In this document: positions 10,305 to 25,403 of the stretch, piece by piece | How the letters are laid out: each line of letters starts with the position of its first letter | Position numbering within the stretch: position 1 is the first letter of the stretch | Source: Acidobacteriota bacterium | GTDB taxonomy: Bacteria; Acidobacteriota; UBA6911; RPQK01; JAJDTT01 | Direction: 5' to 3' | DNA length: 64,000 bases | Assembly (NCBI GenBank): GCA_965209055.1 | Contig: OZ242374.1 | Location: forward strand, 1,440,001-1,504,000 | Notes under the pieces: generated by a model | Told to the model about the DNA's origin: nothing | The model's input: only the letters and a program-made list of their open reading frames with translations | Databases searched by the model: none | Position numbers and translations under genes: made by a program

Positions 10305-10576
10305 CTAAAGCCGAACTGGTTGAGCGGGTCGCCGGCGGCTCCAGCCTCACCAGAAAGGAAGCCGAGGTGGTCGTCCAGGCCGTCCTGGACAGCATCGTCC
10401 ATTCTCTCAAGAGCGGCTCCAAAGTCGAATTGAGAGGCTTTGGAAGCTTTCGGCTCCGCAACCGCGCGGCCCGCATCGGACGCAACCCCAAGACCGGCGC
10501 CAAGGTCCACGTTCCCGCCAAGCGGGTTCCCTATTTCAAACCGGGCAAGGACCTGAAAGAGCTGATCAACTCCTGA
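10301..10576 (+). CDS. ihfB: Integration host factor beta / HU family DNA-binding protein
   Basis: MTKAEL, VELRGFGSF, GRNPKTG and PYFKPGK motifs; classic rpsA-ihfB linkage with 4-bp overlap. Confidence 0.85.
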   Translation: MTKAELVERVAGGSSLTRKEAEVVVQAVLDSIVHSLKSGSKVELRGFGSFRLRNRAARIGRNPKTGAKVHVPAKRVPYFKPGKDLKELINS

Positions 10577-10624
10577 ACGGCGGTGGCGCCCCCAAGTCGC
10601 CGCCCCAGCCCCCGAATGCGACCG

Positions 10625-10655
10625 ACTCCTCGCCGGCCCGGCGCCGGCGAGGAGT
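10625..10655 (+). terminator. 13-bp GC-rich hairpin after ihfB (possible terminator, no U-tract)
   Basis: ACTCCTCGCCGGC-ccggc-GCCGGCGAGGAGT perfect inverted repeat. Confidence 0.5.
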
Positions 10656-11024
10656 GGAACCAGCGACCTGAAAAACACCCAAAACGTCAAAAAAACACCC
10701 AAGGGCTGCCGCTGGGGCCGCCCAAGCGGGCCCATCATTTACGCAATCTTCACAAAACCCTTGCGAGAATTGGAGAAAGGGCCCTCCCTGTCACACAACC
10801 TGACTGAACGGCTCGTTTTTGTTCTTCAAATGAAAGGAAATAAAGGATTTTCCGGGATTCGACCAAGCGTCTCCCGCGACCGCGAAAGAAACTTCTTTCG
10901 CCATCGAGACAGGCTATGCTACTTTCTTTTCGGACCGAGACCGAAAATGACCACGGGCCGTGCATCGACCGGCCCGTTCTTTCATTACAAAGTCAACCAG
11001 GGGCTCGGGAGGAGAGAGCCGGCC

Positions 11025-12350
11025 TTGGATTTGTGGCACGACATCGTCGCTTCGCTGGAAGCTGCGGGGCAGATTTCACCCGAGAATATGGCCGTCTATT
11101 TCCAGGCCACATCCCAAGTTCGCTACGAACAAGACTCACGGCGACTCGTGGTGCGGGTTCCCAACAACCGCTTCAGCAGGTGGATCTCCCACCAATATGG
11201 AGACCTGCTGCAAACCAAGATGGGAGAGATGGGGTTTCCGAATGGGGAAATCGTTTTCCATGCGGATCTGGACGAGCCGCAATCGGACCTGATCTCGTCA
11301 CCCCGCCTGTCGGGCTCGTACGTCGGCGCCGCCGAGTGCGACCTGAATCAACGTTACACGTTCGCCAATTTCGTTGTCGGGTCGAGCAACCAATTCGCGC
11401 ACGCCACCGCGCTGGCAGTCGCGGAACGCCCATCCAGAAGTTACAACCCCCTGTTCCTCTACGGTGGCGTCGGCTTGGGCAAGACCCACCTCATGCACGC
11501 GATCGGACACTCGATCATGATCGAGCATCCCAACGTCAATCTCGCCTACGTTTCCTCGGAACGCTTCACCAACGACCTGGTCACCTCCATCCGCTACGGC
11601 CGGACCGCGGATTTTCGAGAGAAGTACCGGAACATCGACGTGCTGCTGATGGACGACGTCCAGTTCCTCGCCGGCAAGCCAAAGACCCAAGACGAATTCT
11701 TCCACACCTTCAACAGCCTGTACGACGCCCAAAAGCAAATCGTCATCTCCAGCGATTCTCCTCCGCAGGAAATCCCGACTCTCGAGGAGCGTCTCCACAG
11801 CCGCTTCCAGTGGGGCCTGATTGCAGACATCCAGGCCCCCGACCTGGAGACCAAAGTGGCCATTCTGCGGAAGAAAGCCGCACTGCAACGGGTGGAACTC
11901 CCGGACGACGTTGCGTTCTTCATCTCCAGCAACACCAAGTCGAACATCCGCCAACTGGAAGGCTCGCTCATTCGCCTCATCGCCTACAGCAGTCTGATCG
12001 GCGAGGAGATCAGCCTCGACCTGGCTCAATCCACCCTCAAGGACCTCACGGCGTCCGCGCAACGGGAGATCACCATCGGAGAGATTCAACGAGTTGTCGC
12101 CCGACACTACTCCCTGACCGTGTCCCAACTCATCAGCCGCAGCAACTCGCCGCGATTCGTGGTTCCGAGGCAGATCGCCATGTACCTCTGCAAAAAGTTG
12201 ACCCGGGCCTCACTCCCTCAGACCGGCCGCGCTTTCGGCAAAAGGCATCACACAACCGTGCTTCACGCGATCCGGAAGATCTCCGGACTCATCGAGGAAG
12301 ATCCGCCGCTGCATTCCACCGTCAACAAGCTGACCGACGAAGTTTCATGA
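11025..12350 (+). CDS. dnaA: Chromosomal replication initiator DnaA
   Basis: YTFANFVVG, YNPLFLYGGVGLGKTHL, DDVQF, RQLEG and HHTTVLHA motifs. TTG start at 11025 with GGAGG upstream; the ORF is open from 10761. Confidence 0.97.
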   Translation: MDLWHDIVASLEAAGQISPENMAVYFQATSQVRYEQDSRRLVVRVPNNRFSRWISHQYGDLLQTKMGEMGFPNGEIVFHADLDEPQSDLISSPRLSGSYVGAAECDLNQRYTFANFVVGSSNQFAHATALAVAERPSRSYNPLFLYGGVGLGKTHLMHAIGHSIMIEHPNVNLAYVSSERFTNDLVTSIRYGRTADFREKYRNIDVLLMDDVQFLAGKPKTQDEFFHTFNSLYDAQKQIVISSDSPPQEIPTLEERLHSRFQWGLIADIQAPDLETKVAILRKKAALQRVELPDDVAFFISSNTKSNIRQLEGSLIRLIAYSSLIGEEISLDLAQSTLKDLTASAQREITIGEIQRVVARHYSLTVSQLISRSNSPRFVVPRQIAMYLCKKLTRASLPQTGRAFGKRHHTTVLHAIRKISGLIEEDPPLHSTVNKLTDEVS

Positions 12351-12578
12351 CGTTTTCCCGCTTTTCCACTGGTGGTAGAATGTCAGGGCTGTGGAAAAGG
12401 TCGAGCGGACGCTCTCCGGGTCGTTTTCAACGTCGTTTCAAGAGTTGAATTCACAATTGACGAGTGGCTCCATCCCCTTGGGAATAAAAGCGTTTTCCTA
12501 CTCATCCACAGATTCGTCGATTTCTGGGGCGACGATTCCATATAAAATCATTCTTGTCATCCGGAGTCGAAGAACACC
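12351..12578. other. Probable replication origin (oriC)
   Basis: dnaA-dnaN spacer, visibly lower in GC. DnaA boxes: TGTGGAAAA 12390-12398 (perfect TTWTNCACA, reverse), TTTTCCACT 12362-12370, TGGGAATAA 12479-12487 and TCATCCACA 12502-12510 (one mismatch each). AT-rich ATATAAAATCATTCTT follows at about 12540-12555. Confidence 0.75.
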
Positions 12579-13718
12579 ATGGACATAACTTTGAAACGGA
12601 ACCTGTTGTTCCCCGAGGTCCAACACCTCCAGACCATTGTCGAGAGAAAAACGACAGTGCCGATTCTTGGCCATGTTCTTCTTGAAACTATCGGGAACAA
12701 CATTCTCCTCACGGCCACCGACCTGGATGTTTCTTTACGCTGTCGCTGCGAAGCGCAGGTGCGGGTGGGCGGCGCACTGACCATTTCAGCGAGGAAACTC
12801 TTCGAGATCGTCCGCCTCGCCCCTCAAGATTCCGCTATCCACATCAAGTCCATCGGCGAAGGGGACTGGGTCGAGATCGGCTATGGCCGGTCCCGCTTCA
12901 AGGTGGCGGCCCTGGGGAAGGGAAACTTTCCCGAGATCGGGGAGGCGGAAGGCCAGGACATTCGCATGGACGCGGCTATGGTTCGCCATATGATCGGGAG
13001 CTGCGTCTTCGCCGTCACCCAGGAGGAAAGCCGGTATACTCTGGGGGGGGCGCTGGCCGTGATCACCCCTTCCAATCTGTCCCTGGTCACCACGGATGGG
13101 CACCGTCTCGTCATTGTCCGGCGGACAGTCGATCTGAACCTCGACCGGGAGGAGCTTCGAGTCCTGATTCCCAAGAAAGCACTGGTCGAACTGATGAAGT
13201 TGCTCAGTGAAACTGGCGGGGACATCGAGTTCAGAAGTGGAGAGAGGCGCATCTCGTTCGGCATGGGCCGGCGGCTCTTGATCTCCCGCATCCTCAGCGG
13301 CGAGTTTCCCAACTACAAGATGGTCATACCGCAAGGAAACGACCTGGACGCGGATTTGGACACCTCCAGTTTCACGGCGGCGTTGAGGCGCGTCGCGGTG
13401 GTGGCGGATCGGGAGACGCGGGCTGTCGAACTGAGCCTCAACGAGGGACAGGTCAAACTTGCGTGCCAGAATGCAAATGGGGAGCGGGCCGCCGAAGCAA
13501 TGGAGACCAGCTACGAGGGGACACCGGTCGTGATCGGTTTCAACGTGGACTACCTGTTGGACTTCGTCAACGTGGTCGATAGCGAACAGGTGCGCATCTC
13601 GCTCAAGGACTCGGATACTCAGGGTCTGCTCCAGCCCGTCGGTATGCCCGCTGCCGACGAATCCGACTCGGCCGACGAATACAAGATCCAATATGTCGTC
13701 ATGCCGCTGAGCCTCTGA
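12579..13718 (+). CDS. dnaN: DNA polymerase III beta sliding clamp
   Basis: KTTVPIL, ATDLD, TDGHRL, FPNY, GFNVDY and YVVMPL motifs. Confidence 0.97.
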   Translation: MDITLKRNLLFPEVQHLQTIVERKTTVPILGHVLLETIGNNILLTATDLDVSLRCRCEAQVRVGGALTISARKLFEIVRLAPQDSAIHIKSIGEGDWVEIGYGRSRFKVAALGKGNFPEIGEAEGQDIRMDAAMVRHMIGSCVFAVTQEESRYTLGGALAVITPSNLSLVTTDGHRLVIVRRTVDLNLDREELRVLIPKKALVELMKLLSETGGDIEFRSGERRISFGMGRRLLISRILSGEFPNYKMVIPQGNDLDADLDTSSFTAALRRVAVVADRETRAVELSLNEGQVKLACQNANGERAAEAMETSYEGTPVVIGFNVDYLLDFVNVVDSEQVRISLKDSDTQGLLQPVGMPAADESDSADEYKIQYVVMPLSL

Positions 13719-16349
<2,631 letters not shown>

Positions 16350-16486
16350 GCGCTTGCGGTGGGGGCCGGCGCGCCGGAGCCTCAGCGTTGCCGCCGTGAC
16401 CTGCGCGCCGTGACCTTCCCCAATCGGACACTGCCTCGTCCGCGCATCGTAATCTTTCGAGTGTCTGTGATCGGAGGAACGAATCG

Positions 16487-18946
16487 ATGAGAGAGTACCA
16501 GGGCCGGGAGATTCCGGTCACCATCGAAGCGGAGATGAAGACCTCCTACCTGGACTACGCCATGTCGGTCATCGTCGGCCGGGCCCTGCCGGATGTCCGG
16601 GACGGCTTGAAGCCGGTCCACCGGCGCATCCTCTACGCCATGAGCGAGTTGAAGAACACGAGGAACCGCCCGCACAAGAAGTCGGCGCGGGTTGTTGGCG
16701 AGGTCATCGGAAAGTTCCATCCCCATGGCGATGCGGCCGTTTACGACGCCCTGGTCCGGATGGCGCAGGACTTCTCCATGCGGGAGATGCTGATCGACGG
16801 GCAGGGAAACTTCGGGTCCATCGACGGGGACTCTCCGGCAGCCATGCGGTACACCGAGGTCCGGATGGCGCAGATCGCCGGGGAGATCCTGGCGGACATC
16901 GAGAAGGAGACGGTCGATTTCCAGGCCAACTACGACGAGTCGTTGGAGGAGCCTGAGGTGCTGCCGGCCCGTTATCCCAACCTCCTGGTCAACGGCGCGT
17001 CCGGGATTGCCGTGGGAATGGCAACCAATGTTCCTCCTCACAACCTTGCCGAGGTCATCGATGGACTGTTGCTTCTGCTCGACCGCCCGGAAGCGAGCCT
17101 CGCGGAGCTCATGGAGCTGATCCCCGGCCCGGACTTTCCGACCGCGGGAATCATCTCCGGCCGCAATGCCATCCTGAGGGCGTATGCCACGGGCCGCGGC
17201 ATCATCCAGTTGCGGGCCAAGGCCGCCATCGAAAAGGTGGGAAAAGACAAGGAGGCCATCATCGTCGATGAGCTTCCCTATCAGGTCAACAAGGCGAAGC
17301 TCATCGAGACGATTGCCGCGTTGGTGCGAAGCAAGAAGGTCGAGGGGATCAGTGATCTGAGAGACGAGTCTGATCGAGACGGGATGCGGGTCGTCATCGA
17401 GCTCAAGCGGGGGGAGCAACCGCAGGTCGTTCTGAACCAGCTATACAAATTGACGCCGATGCAGAGTTCGTTCGGCATCATCCTGCTGGCTTTGGCGGGA
17501 GGGCGCCCCCAAGTGTTCACCCTCAAGGAAACTTTGAACCACTTCCTGTCCCATCGCAGGATCGTGGTGCGGCGGCGGACGCAGTTCGACCTGAGAAAAG
17601 CCGAAAAACGGGCGCACATCCTGGAGGGCCTCGCCAAGGCCCTGGACCACCTGGACCTGGTGATCGCGCTGATCCGGGGCTCAAGGACTCCGGCTGAGGC
17701 CAGGACGCAATTGATGGAGCGCTTCGAATTCACCGAAATCCAGGCCCAGGCCATTCTTGACATGCGGCTACAGCGGCTCACGGGCCTGGAGCGGGACAAG
17801 ATCCTGGAGGAGCTGGAACAGATTCGGCGCCGCATCGCGCAACTGAAGAAGATCCTCACCCACGAGGCCGAACTCCGGCGGGTGATCCGAGGCGAACTGA
17901 TGGAAATTCAGGACACGTACCACTCGCCGCGCCGCACCGTGATTCTGGACGAGGCCATCGACCTGACGGTGGAAGACCTCATCGCCGAGGAGCAGGTCGT
18001 CATCACGGCAACGCATGGCGGCTACATCAAGCGGACGGCGCTGCACATCTATCGCAGCCAGCATCGCGGCGGCAAAGGCCGCATCGGCATGTCGGTGCGG
18101 ACGGCCGACGATGTGGTCGACTATCTTTTCGTCGCCTCCACGCACAGTTACATCCTCATCTTCACGAACCAGGGGCGGGTCTACTGGTTGAAGGTGTATG
18201 AGATTCCCGACGTGGGGGCCGCCGGCAAGGGGAAGCCGATCGTCAACCTGGTCAAGTTGGAGCGGGGCGAGAAGGTGGCGGACATGATCGCCGTACAGGA
18301 CTTCAAGACTCCGGGATTCATCGTCATGGCGTCGCGGCGGGGACGAGTGAAGAAGACGGCGCTGGCGGCGTACTCCCACCCGCGGGCGAAAGGAATCATC
18401 GCCTGTTCTCTGGAGCGGGGGGACGAACTGATCGTGGTGAGCCGGACCAGCGGCCAGGACGACATTCTTCTTTGCACGGAACAGGGGAAGGCCGCGCGGT
18501 TCTCGGAACACCAGGTTCGGGAGATGGGGCGTGTCGCGCAAGGCGTGTGGGGCATACGCCTCAAGCCGGGGGACTCGGTGGTGAGCATGGGCGTTATTCG
18601 GGAAGGCCACGAGAGCATCCTGGCGGTCACTGAACATGGTTTTGGAAAACGCACGCCCGTCGTCGAATATGCAACGAAGGGGCGCGCGGGGCAGGGTGTG
18701 ATCAACATCAAGACCACCGCTCGCAACGGCAAGGTCGTGGGAACCTTTCCTGTCGGGCCGGGGGCCGAGTTGATCATTATCACTGGAAAAGGGAAGATCA
18801 TTCGCTTGGGGGCCGATACTATTCGGATGACGGGTCGCAACGCTCTGGGCGTGACGCTGATGGAGTTGGGGGATGGGGACACGGTGGCGGGCGTGAGCCT
18901 GGTGGCCGCCGGGACCGACAGCTTGGAACCAGGGGCCGCCGAATGA
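16487..18946 (+). CDS. gyrA: DNA gyrase subunit A
   Basis: [25 protein letters not shown] and GyrA-box QHRGGKG. Confidence 0.97.
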   Translation: MREYQGREIPVTIEAEMKTSYLDYAMSVIVGRALPDVRDGLKPVHRRILYAMSELKNTRNRPHKKSARVVGEVIGKFHPHGDAAVYDALVRMAQDFSMREMLIDGQGNFGSIDGDSPAAMRYTEVRMAQIAGEILADIEKETVDFQANYDESLEEPEVLPARYPNLLVNGASGIAVGMATNVPPHNLAEVIDGLLLLLDRPEASLAELMELIPGPDFPTAGIISGRNAILRAYATGRGIIQLRAKAAIEKVGKDKEAIIVDELPYQVNKAKLIETIAALVRSKKVEGISDLRDESDRDGMRVVIELKRGEQPQVVLNQLYKLTPMQSSFGIILLALAGGRPQVFTLKETLNHFLSHRRIVVRRRTQFDLRKAEKRAHILEGLAKALDHLDLVIALIRGSRTPAEARTQLMERFEFTEIQAQAILDMRLQRLTGLERDKILEELEQIRRRIAQLKKILTHEAELRRVIRGELMEIQDTYHSPRRTVILDEAIDLTVEDLIAEEQVVITATHGGYIKRTALHIYRSQHRGGKGRIGMSVRTADDVVDYLFVASTHSYILIFTNQGRVYWLKVYEIPDVGAAGKGKPIVNLVKLERGEKVADMIAVQDFKTPGFIVMASRRGRVKKTALAAYSHPRAKGIIACSLERGDELIVVSRTSGQDDILLCTEQGKAARFSEHQVREMGRVAQGVWGIRLKPGDSVVSMGVIREGHESILAVTEHGFGKRTPVVEYATKGRAGQGVINIKTTARNGKVVGTFPVGPGAELIIITGKGKIIRLGADTIRMTGRNALGVTLMELGDGDTVAGVSLVAAGTDSLEPGAAE

Positions 18947-19734
18947 GAGCCGCCGCCCCCTGGCTGGTTCTCGTCGCGGTGGCTGCAATTCTGTTCCACT
19001 ACGGCCAAGATCGGGCGGGAGCGGAATTCGAGAGGGCGCGGGAAATGTGGCTCGCCGGCGAGTACCGGCCGGCGACCCGGGCCTACGAAAAAATCCGCCG
19101 CCAATACCCCGGCAGCCGGCATGCTGCGGAAGCCCTCTGGGAGATCGCCTCCATCTACTATTCCCATCACTACGACCTGACGGAGGCCCGCGAGCGCCTT
19201 GAGGAGTTGCTTTCCCTCTATCCCGCCAGCCCCCGTGTCAACGAGGCGCTTCTTCGCCTGGCGGAAATCCACGAAGCCGGCGAAGCCGACTTGGCCGCGG
19301 CCGTGAACTACTGGTCCCTGGCCCTGGACAGGCAACTGCCCGCCGAGGACCGAAGGGAGATCCTGTACAAGCGGGGCCGTGCGCTGTTGAAGCTGGAACA
19401 GCTTGACGAGTCGGAGCGCGACTTGCGCGCGGCGGCGGGTGACGAGGCGGACCACCTGTCCCAGCAGGCGCATGTCTGTCTCGGCACCATCGCCCAGATC
19501 AGGGGAGACCACCAGGAGGCGGTCCGTATCTTTGAGAAGACGCGGGAGCTGGGTCGCTGCGGCGAATGCCTGCTCCAGTGCGGGCTCAGCATGATCGAGA
19601 GTTTCGAATACACGGGCGAGCTGGACAAGGCGATCGAGATCGCCGGAGTCCTGGACAAGACGGGCTACTCGAAGGCCGTCGAGTTGATTGTCCGGCTTCG
19701 GCAGAAACGGGATTTCTACGCCGACAAGAAGTAG
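18943..19734 (+). CDS. Exported tetratricopeptide-repeat protein
   Basis: Hydrophobic N-terminus and repeated helical motifs ([22 protein letters not shown]); 4-bp overlap with gyrA. Confidence 0.75.
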   Translation: MRAAAPWLVLVAVAAILFHYGQDRAGAEFERAREMWLAGEYRPATRAYEKIRRQYPGSRHAAEALWEIASIYYSHHYDLTEARERLEELLSLYPASPRVNEALLRLAEIHEAGEADLAAAVNYWSLALDRQLPAEDRREILYKRGRALLKLEQLDESERDLRAAAGDEADHLSQQAHVCLGTIAQIRGDHQEAVRIFEKTRELGRCGECLLQCGLSMIESFEYTGELDKAIEIAGVLDKTGYSKAVELIVRLRQKRDFYADKK

Positions 19735-19776
19735 GCTTTCGCCGGACCCGCCCGCATTGCAGGGCGCCCGTCTCCG

Positions 19777-19806
19777 TTGACACGAGGGCCGAACCGGGAC
19801 TATATT
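19777..19806 (+). promoter_or_regulatory. Sigma-70 promoter for rpsU
   Basis: TTGACA (19777-19782), 18-nt spacer, TATATT (19801-19806). Confidence 0.65.
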
Positions 19807-19832
19807 GGCGCCTCCGGGAAAGGTGGAACGAA

Positions 19833-20036
19833 GTGGCATACGTTTTCATTCATGATGGTGAGCCCTTGGAAAGCGCGCTGAGGCGCTTCAAGCGAAAGGT
19901 GCAGCAGGAAGACATCATCAAGGATGTCAAACGCCATTCCTACTATTTGAAGCCGGGCGAGAAGAGACGCCTCAAGCAGGCCTTGGCCCGGAAGAGAGCC
20001 CGGAAGAAGTTCATGAAGCAGCAGCGCACCAGATAG
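19833..20036 (+). CDS. rpsU: 30S ribosomal protein S21
   Basis: GEPLESALRRFKRK...YYLKPGEKRRLK; GTG start. Confidence 0.93.
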   Translation: MAYVFIHDGEPLESALRRFKRKVQQEDIIKDVKRHSYYLKPGEKRRLKQALARKRARKKFMKQQRTR

Positions 20037-20120
20037 TACGCGCGCCTCGTTTCCGGACCCCCTCACCTGCCCGTTACACACACCTGACCGGCTCTCACCG
20101 GCGGGCGTCCAGCTATTTTC

Positions 20121-20741
20121 TCAGGGATTGACGCAGCGGATCGCCTTCCAATGGCCCAGGAAGTCGATGGGCATTTCCGATTCGATTTCCAGCCCGCACT
20201 CGCGCATCAACTTTTTTCGATCCAGATCGGTCCGGAAGCCGATCCGGTAGCAGAGAGGGGAAATCAGTGCCTCAAGGGAGCCGAGGACAGGATTCTCGTT
20301 GCGGAAGTGGTTCAGAAAGACCAGGTATCCACCCTTCTTGCAGACTCTCTTCATTTCTTCGATCACCATCACGGGGTCCGGGACGACGGAGATGAAATAG
20401 GCGGCGAGGATTCGATCGAAGCTACCGGCCGGAAAATCGAGCCTGGTCGCGTCCATCTTGAGCAGCTCGACGTTCTCCAGCCTCAATTCCTTCGTCCGGC
20501 GATGTGCCTGCTCCAACATCTTCTCCGACAGGTCGACACCGGTGATCTGGATGTTTCGTGGGAGCATCGGGAGAGAGAGGCCGGTTCCCACGCCGACTTC
20601 CAGGAGACGAGAGCCCGGCGCCGGGTCCAGCAGAAGGGGAGCTATTTCGCGGCCACTGCGGAAGATGGGCCCGAACAGGAGATCGTAGAAACGGGAGTAC
20701 CAGTTGTAAACCTTCTCGATGTGTTCGACATCGGCATTCAC
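20121..20741 (-). CDS. Class I SAM methyltransferase, PmtA-like (phospholipid N-methyltransferase)
   Basis: YDLLFGPIF, LEVGVGTGL, SVVPDP and LNHF motifs. Confidence 0.75.
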   Translation of the reverse strand: MNADVEHIEKVYNWYSRFYDLLFGPIFRSGREIAPLLLDPAPGSRLLEVGVGTGLSLPMLPRNIQITGVDLSEKMLEQAHRRTKELRLENVELLKMDATRLDFPAGSFDRILAAYFISVVPDPVMVIEEMKRVCKKGGYLVFLNHFRNENPVLGSLEALISPLCYRIGFRTDLDRKKLMRECGLEIESEMPIDFLGHWKAIRCVNP

Positions 20742-20819
20742 AAAGCGGCCCCCCTTTTCCGCGCCATTGTAGCACTATCCCCGCCGGAGGGCGGTACCGG
20801 GCTGTGCTATGATCGTGCC

Positions 20820-21407
20820 GTGTCCCCAAGCCGGACAAGCCCATTGGACGTTCTTATTCAAGAGAGTGAGATCCGGCAGCGTGTCGCCGAAATGGCTCGC
20901 CGCATAGAGGCCGATTACCGGGACAGGGAACCGCATTTTGTGGGGGTCCTCAAGGGAGCGGCGATATTTCACGCCGACCTGGTCCGGGAATTGACCCTTC
21001 CCCTGACCATCGATTTCCTGTCGGTTTCCAGCTACGGCGCCGCCACGGAATCCGTGGGCCCGTTGACGCTGGACAAGGACCTGGAGGATGACATCAAGGG
21101 CAAGGACGTCGTCCTGGTTGAGGATATCGTCGACACGGGCCGGACCGCCTCCTTTTTGTTCCGCAGGCTGCCGAAGCGAAAACCGGCTTCCTTGAGGCTT
21201 TGCGCACTCTTGTCCAAGCCGAGCCGCCGGGAGTTTCCCGCCAGCCCCGACTACGTCGGCTTCGATGTTCCCGACCGGTTCGTTGTCGGCTATGGCCTGG
21301 ACTACAATCAGATGTATCGCAACCTGCCGTATATCGCGGCCCTCCGGCGTCCGAAAGAGGAGCCGTCCATCGCGCATTCGGAGCACACCGCCACAAGCGA
21401 ACCGTGA
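20820..21407 (+). CDS. hpt: Hypoxanthine phosphoribosyltransferase
   Basis: GVLKGA, VSSYG, VEDIVDTGRT and FVVGYGLDY..YRNLP motifs; GTG start. Confidence 0.95.
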   Translation: MSPSRTSPLDVLIQESEIRQRVAEMARRIEADYRDREPHFVGVLKGAAIFHADLVRELTLPLTIDFLSVSSYGAATESVGPLTLDKDLEDDIKGKDVVLVEDIVDTGRTASFLFRRLPKRKPASLRLCALLSKPSRREFPASPDYVGFDVPDRFVVGYGLDYNQMYRNLPYIAALRRPKEEPSIAHSEHTATSEP

Positions 21408-21453
21408 GACCGTCCAGGCTCGGAGCAGGGCCTGCGAGTGAGGAGAACCTGAG

Positions 21454-23412
<1,959 letters not shown>

Positions 23413-23426
23413 CGCGGGAGAGCTAT

Positions 23427-23867
23427 TCAGGAAGCCGCGGTTTCTGCCTTGGCGCAATGCCGGCCGAAGGCTTCCCGCAGGTCCCGGGAGATTTCGTAGG
23501 CTTCCCGGCTCTCGATCAGGTGGCGCTCCATCATGTAGACCAGCTTGCCGCCGCTCAGCAGCGCGATGCTGGGAGAAGATGGCGGATAGGGGAAAAAGTA
23601 TTCCCTGGCCCGGGCCGTCGCCTCGAGGTCCTGGCCGGCGAATACGGTGGTCAGGCGATCCGGTTTGGGATCGGAGCTGAGCGCATCCGCGATGGCCGGA
23701 CGGGCTCGCGCCGCGGCGCAGCCGCAGATGGAGTTGACGACCACCAGAACGGTGCCCTTCTCTCCGGTAATCGCCTGGTCCACGTCTTCCGCAGTGCGCA
23801 GCTCATCGACGCCGATGCGGGTCAGTTCCTGCCTCATCGGGGTCACCCACTGTTCAGGATATGGCAT
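23427..23867 (-). CDS. Bacilliredoxin, BrxA/BrxB family
   Basis: PMRQELT, NSICGCAA.ARP, TVFAGQD and PPSSPS motifs. Confidence 0.9.
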   Translation of the reverse strand: MPYPEQWVTPMRQELTRIGVDELRTAEDVDQAITGEKGTVLVVVNSICGCAAARARPAIADALSSDPKPDRLTTVFAGQDLEATARAREYFFPYPPSSPSIALLSGGKLVYMMERHLIESREAYEISRDLREAFGRHCAKAETAAS

Positions 23868-24092
23868 GAAGTCCTCCTCCTTCGATTTTGCCGATTTTGC
23901 GCGTCAAGCGCGCCCACCATTCTAATTCGGAAGCGGGACCCAATTCCAGGTGAACAGCCCGTGGCAAAAGTCGTCACGGCATTCGACCGTCCCTGCACAG
24001 GCGCGGACGGCGTTGCTATGTGCGCCGAATCGCGCCTTGTCCGGCGGGCTCAGGAACGGTCTCGGCGCTCGCGGGACTCTCACCACGGACTG

Positions 24093-25259
24093 TTAATCGA
24101 ACGCCGGGATTCCGGTGATGGACTGGCCCAGGATCAGGGTGTGAATGTCGTGCGTTCCCTCGTAGGTCGAAACCGTTTCCAGGTTCGACATGTGGCGAAA
24201 GACCGGATACTCGGACAAGATGCCGTTGGCGCCCAACAGATCCCGGGCCAGACGCGCGATCCGGAGGGCGACGGCGACGTTGTTGCGCTTCGCCAGCGAA
24301 ATCTGTTCGTGCCGGCACTTGCCTTGATCCATGAGTTGTCCCAGCCGGTACGTGAGAAGCTGGCCCTTGGTGATCTCGGTCAACATGTAGACCAGTTTCC
24401 GCTGGACCAGCTGGTGGCTCGCAATGGGGCGGCCGCCGAACTGGCATCTTTCCAGCGTCCAGCGCCGGGCGGTCTCGTAGCAGGCCATGGCCGCCCCCAG
24501 AGCCCCCCACGCGATGCCGTACCGGGCCTTGTTCAAGCACATGAGGGCGCTCTTCAGGCCGGTCGTGCCGGCCAGGAGACGATCTTCGGGGATCCGGCAG
24601 TCGTCCAGGACCAGCTCGGAGGTGACCGAGGCCCGCAGCGAATGCTTGTGGCGGTAGTCCCTGGTGGTGAATCCGCCGTCGGAGCGTTCCACCAGAAAGC
24701 CGCGGATACCCTCTCCTTCGAGGCGCGCCCAGATGATGGCGACGTCGGCGATGCTACCGTTGGTGATCCACGCCTTGTTTCCGTTCAGCACGAAGCCGCC
24801 GCCGGCCCTCCTTGCCCGCGTCCGCATCCCGGCCGGATTCGATCCGAAGTCCGGTTCGGTGAGGCCGAAGCAGCCGATGGACCTCCCGGCCTGGAGCCGG
24901 GGGAGCCAGTAGGCTCGTTGCTCGTCGCTGCCGAAACGGTGAATGGGATACATGACCAGGGCGTTCTGGACCGAGACGAAGCTGCGCAGCCCGCTGTCGC
25001 CCCGCTCCAGCTCCTGCATGATGAGGCCGTAGCCCACCGGTTTCAGGCCGGCGCAGTTGTAACCGGTCAAGCTGGCTCCGAGGTAGCCGAGGCGAGCCAT
25101 GGACCCCACCAGATGCAGGGGGAACGTGCCGGCCTGGAAATGGTCTTCGATGATGGGCAGGACCCGTTCTTCGACGAACGAACGAACGCTGTCTCGAATC
25201 AGCCTTTCCTCCTGCGTCAGCAGGTCGTCAAGACGCATGAAATCCAGGTTTTCCGCCAC
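24093..25259 (-). CDS. Acyl-CoA dehydrogenase, glutaryl-CoA dehydrogenase-like
   Basis: ELERGDSGLRS, GCFGLTEPDFGSNP, KRNN and TYEGTHDIH motifs; GTG start at 25259. Confidence 0.9.
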   Translation of the reverse strand: MAENLDFMRLDDLLTQEERLIRDSVRSFVEERVLPIIEDHFQAGTFPLHLVGSMARLGYLGASLTGYNCAGLKPVGYGLIMQELERGDSGLRSFVSVQNALVMYPIHRFGSDEQRAYWLPRLQAGRSIGCFGLTEPDFGSNPAGMRTRARRAGGGFVLNGNKAWITNGSIADVAIIWARLEGEGIRGFLVERSDGGFTTRDYRHKHSLRASVTSELVLDDCRIPEDRLLAGTTGLKSALMCLNKARYGIAWGALGAAMACYETARRWTLERCQFGGRPIASHQLVQRKLVYMLTEITKGQLLTYRLGQLMDQGKCRHEQISLAKRNNVAVALRIARLARDLLGANGILSEYPVFRHMSNLETVSTYEGTHDIHTLILGQSITGIPAFD

Positions 25260-25403
25260 GGCAACGAATATAGCAGCCCCCGGCCGCTGCCGCCCCGCAA
25301 GCCCGGCCGCCGCCGGGGTGGGTGCGCGTCCTGCGCAAGAGACAGCCTGGAGACTTCCGGAGCACTCCCGATTTCCCTCTCTCCCGTGTGCTATAAGAGG
25401 TTC

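Noticed and set aside
10761-11024. 88-aa N-terminal extension of DnaA
   Set aside because: No DnaA similarity, and it overlaps promoter-like DNA. The TTG at 11025 has a Shine-Dalgarno and gives a normal length.
16392-16416. CGCCGTGACCT direct repeat between gyrB and gyrA
   Set aside because: Only two 11-bp GC-rich copies and no supporting context.
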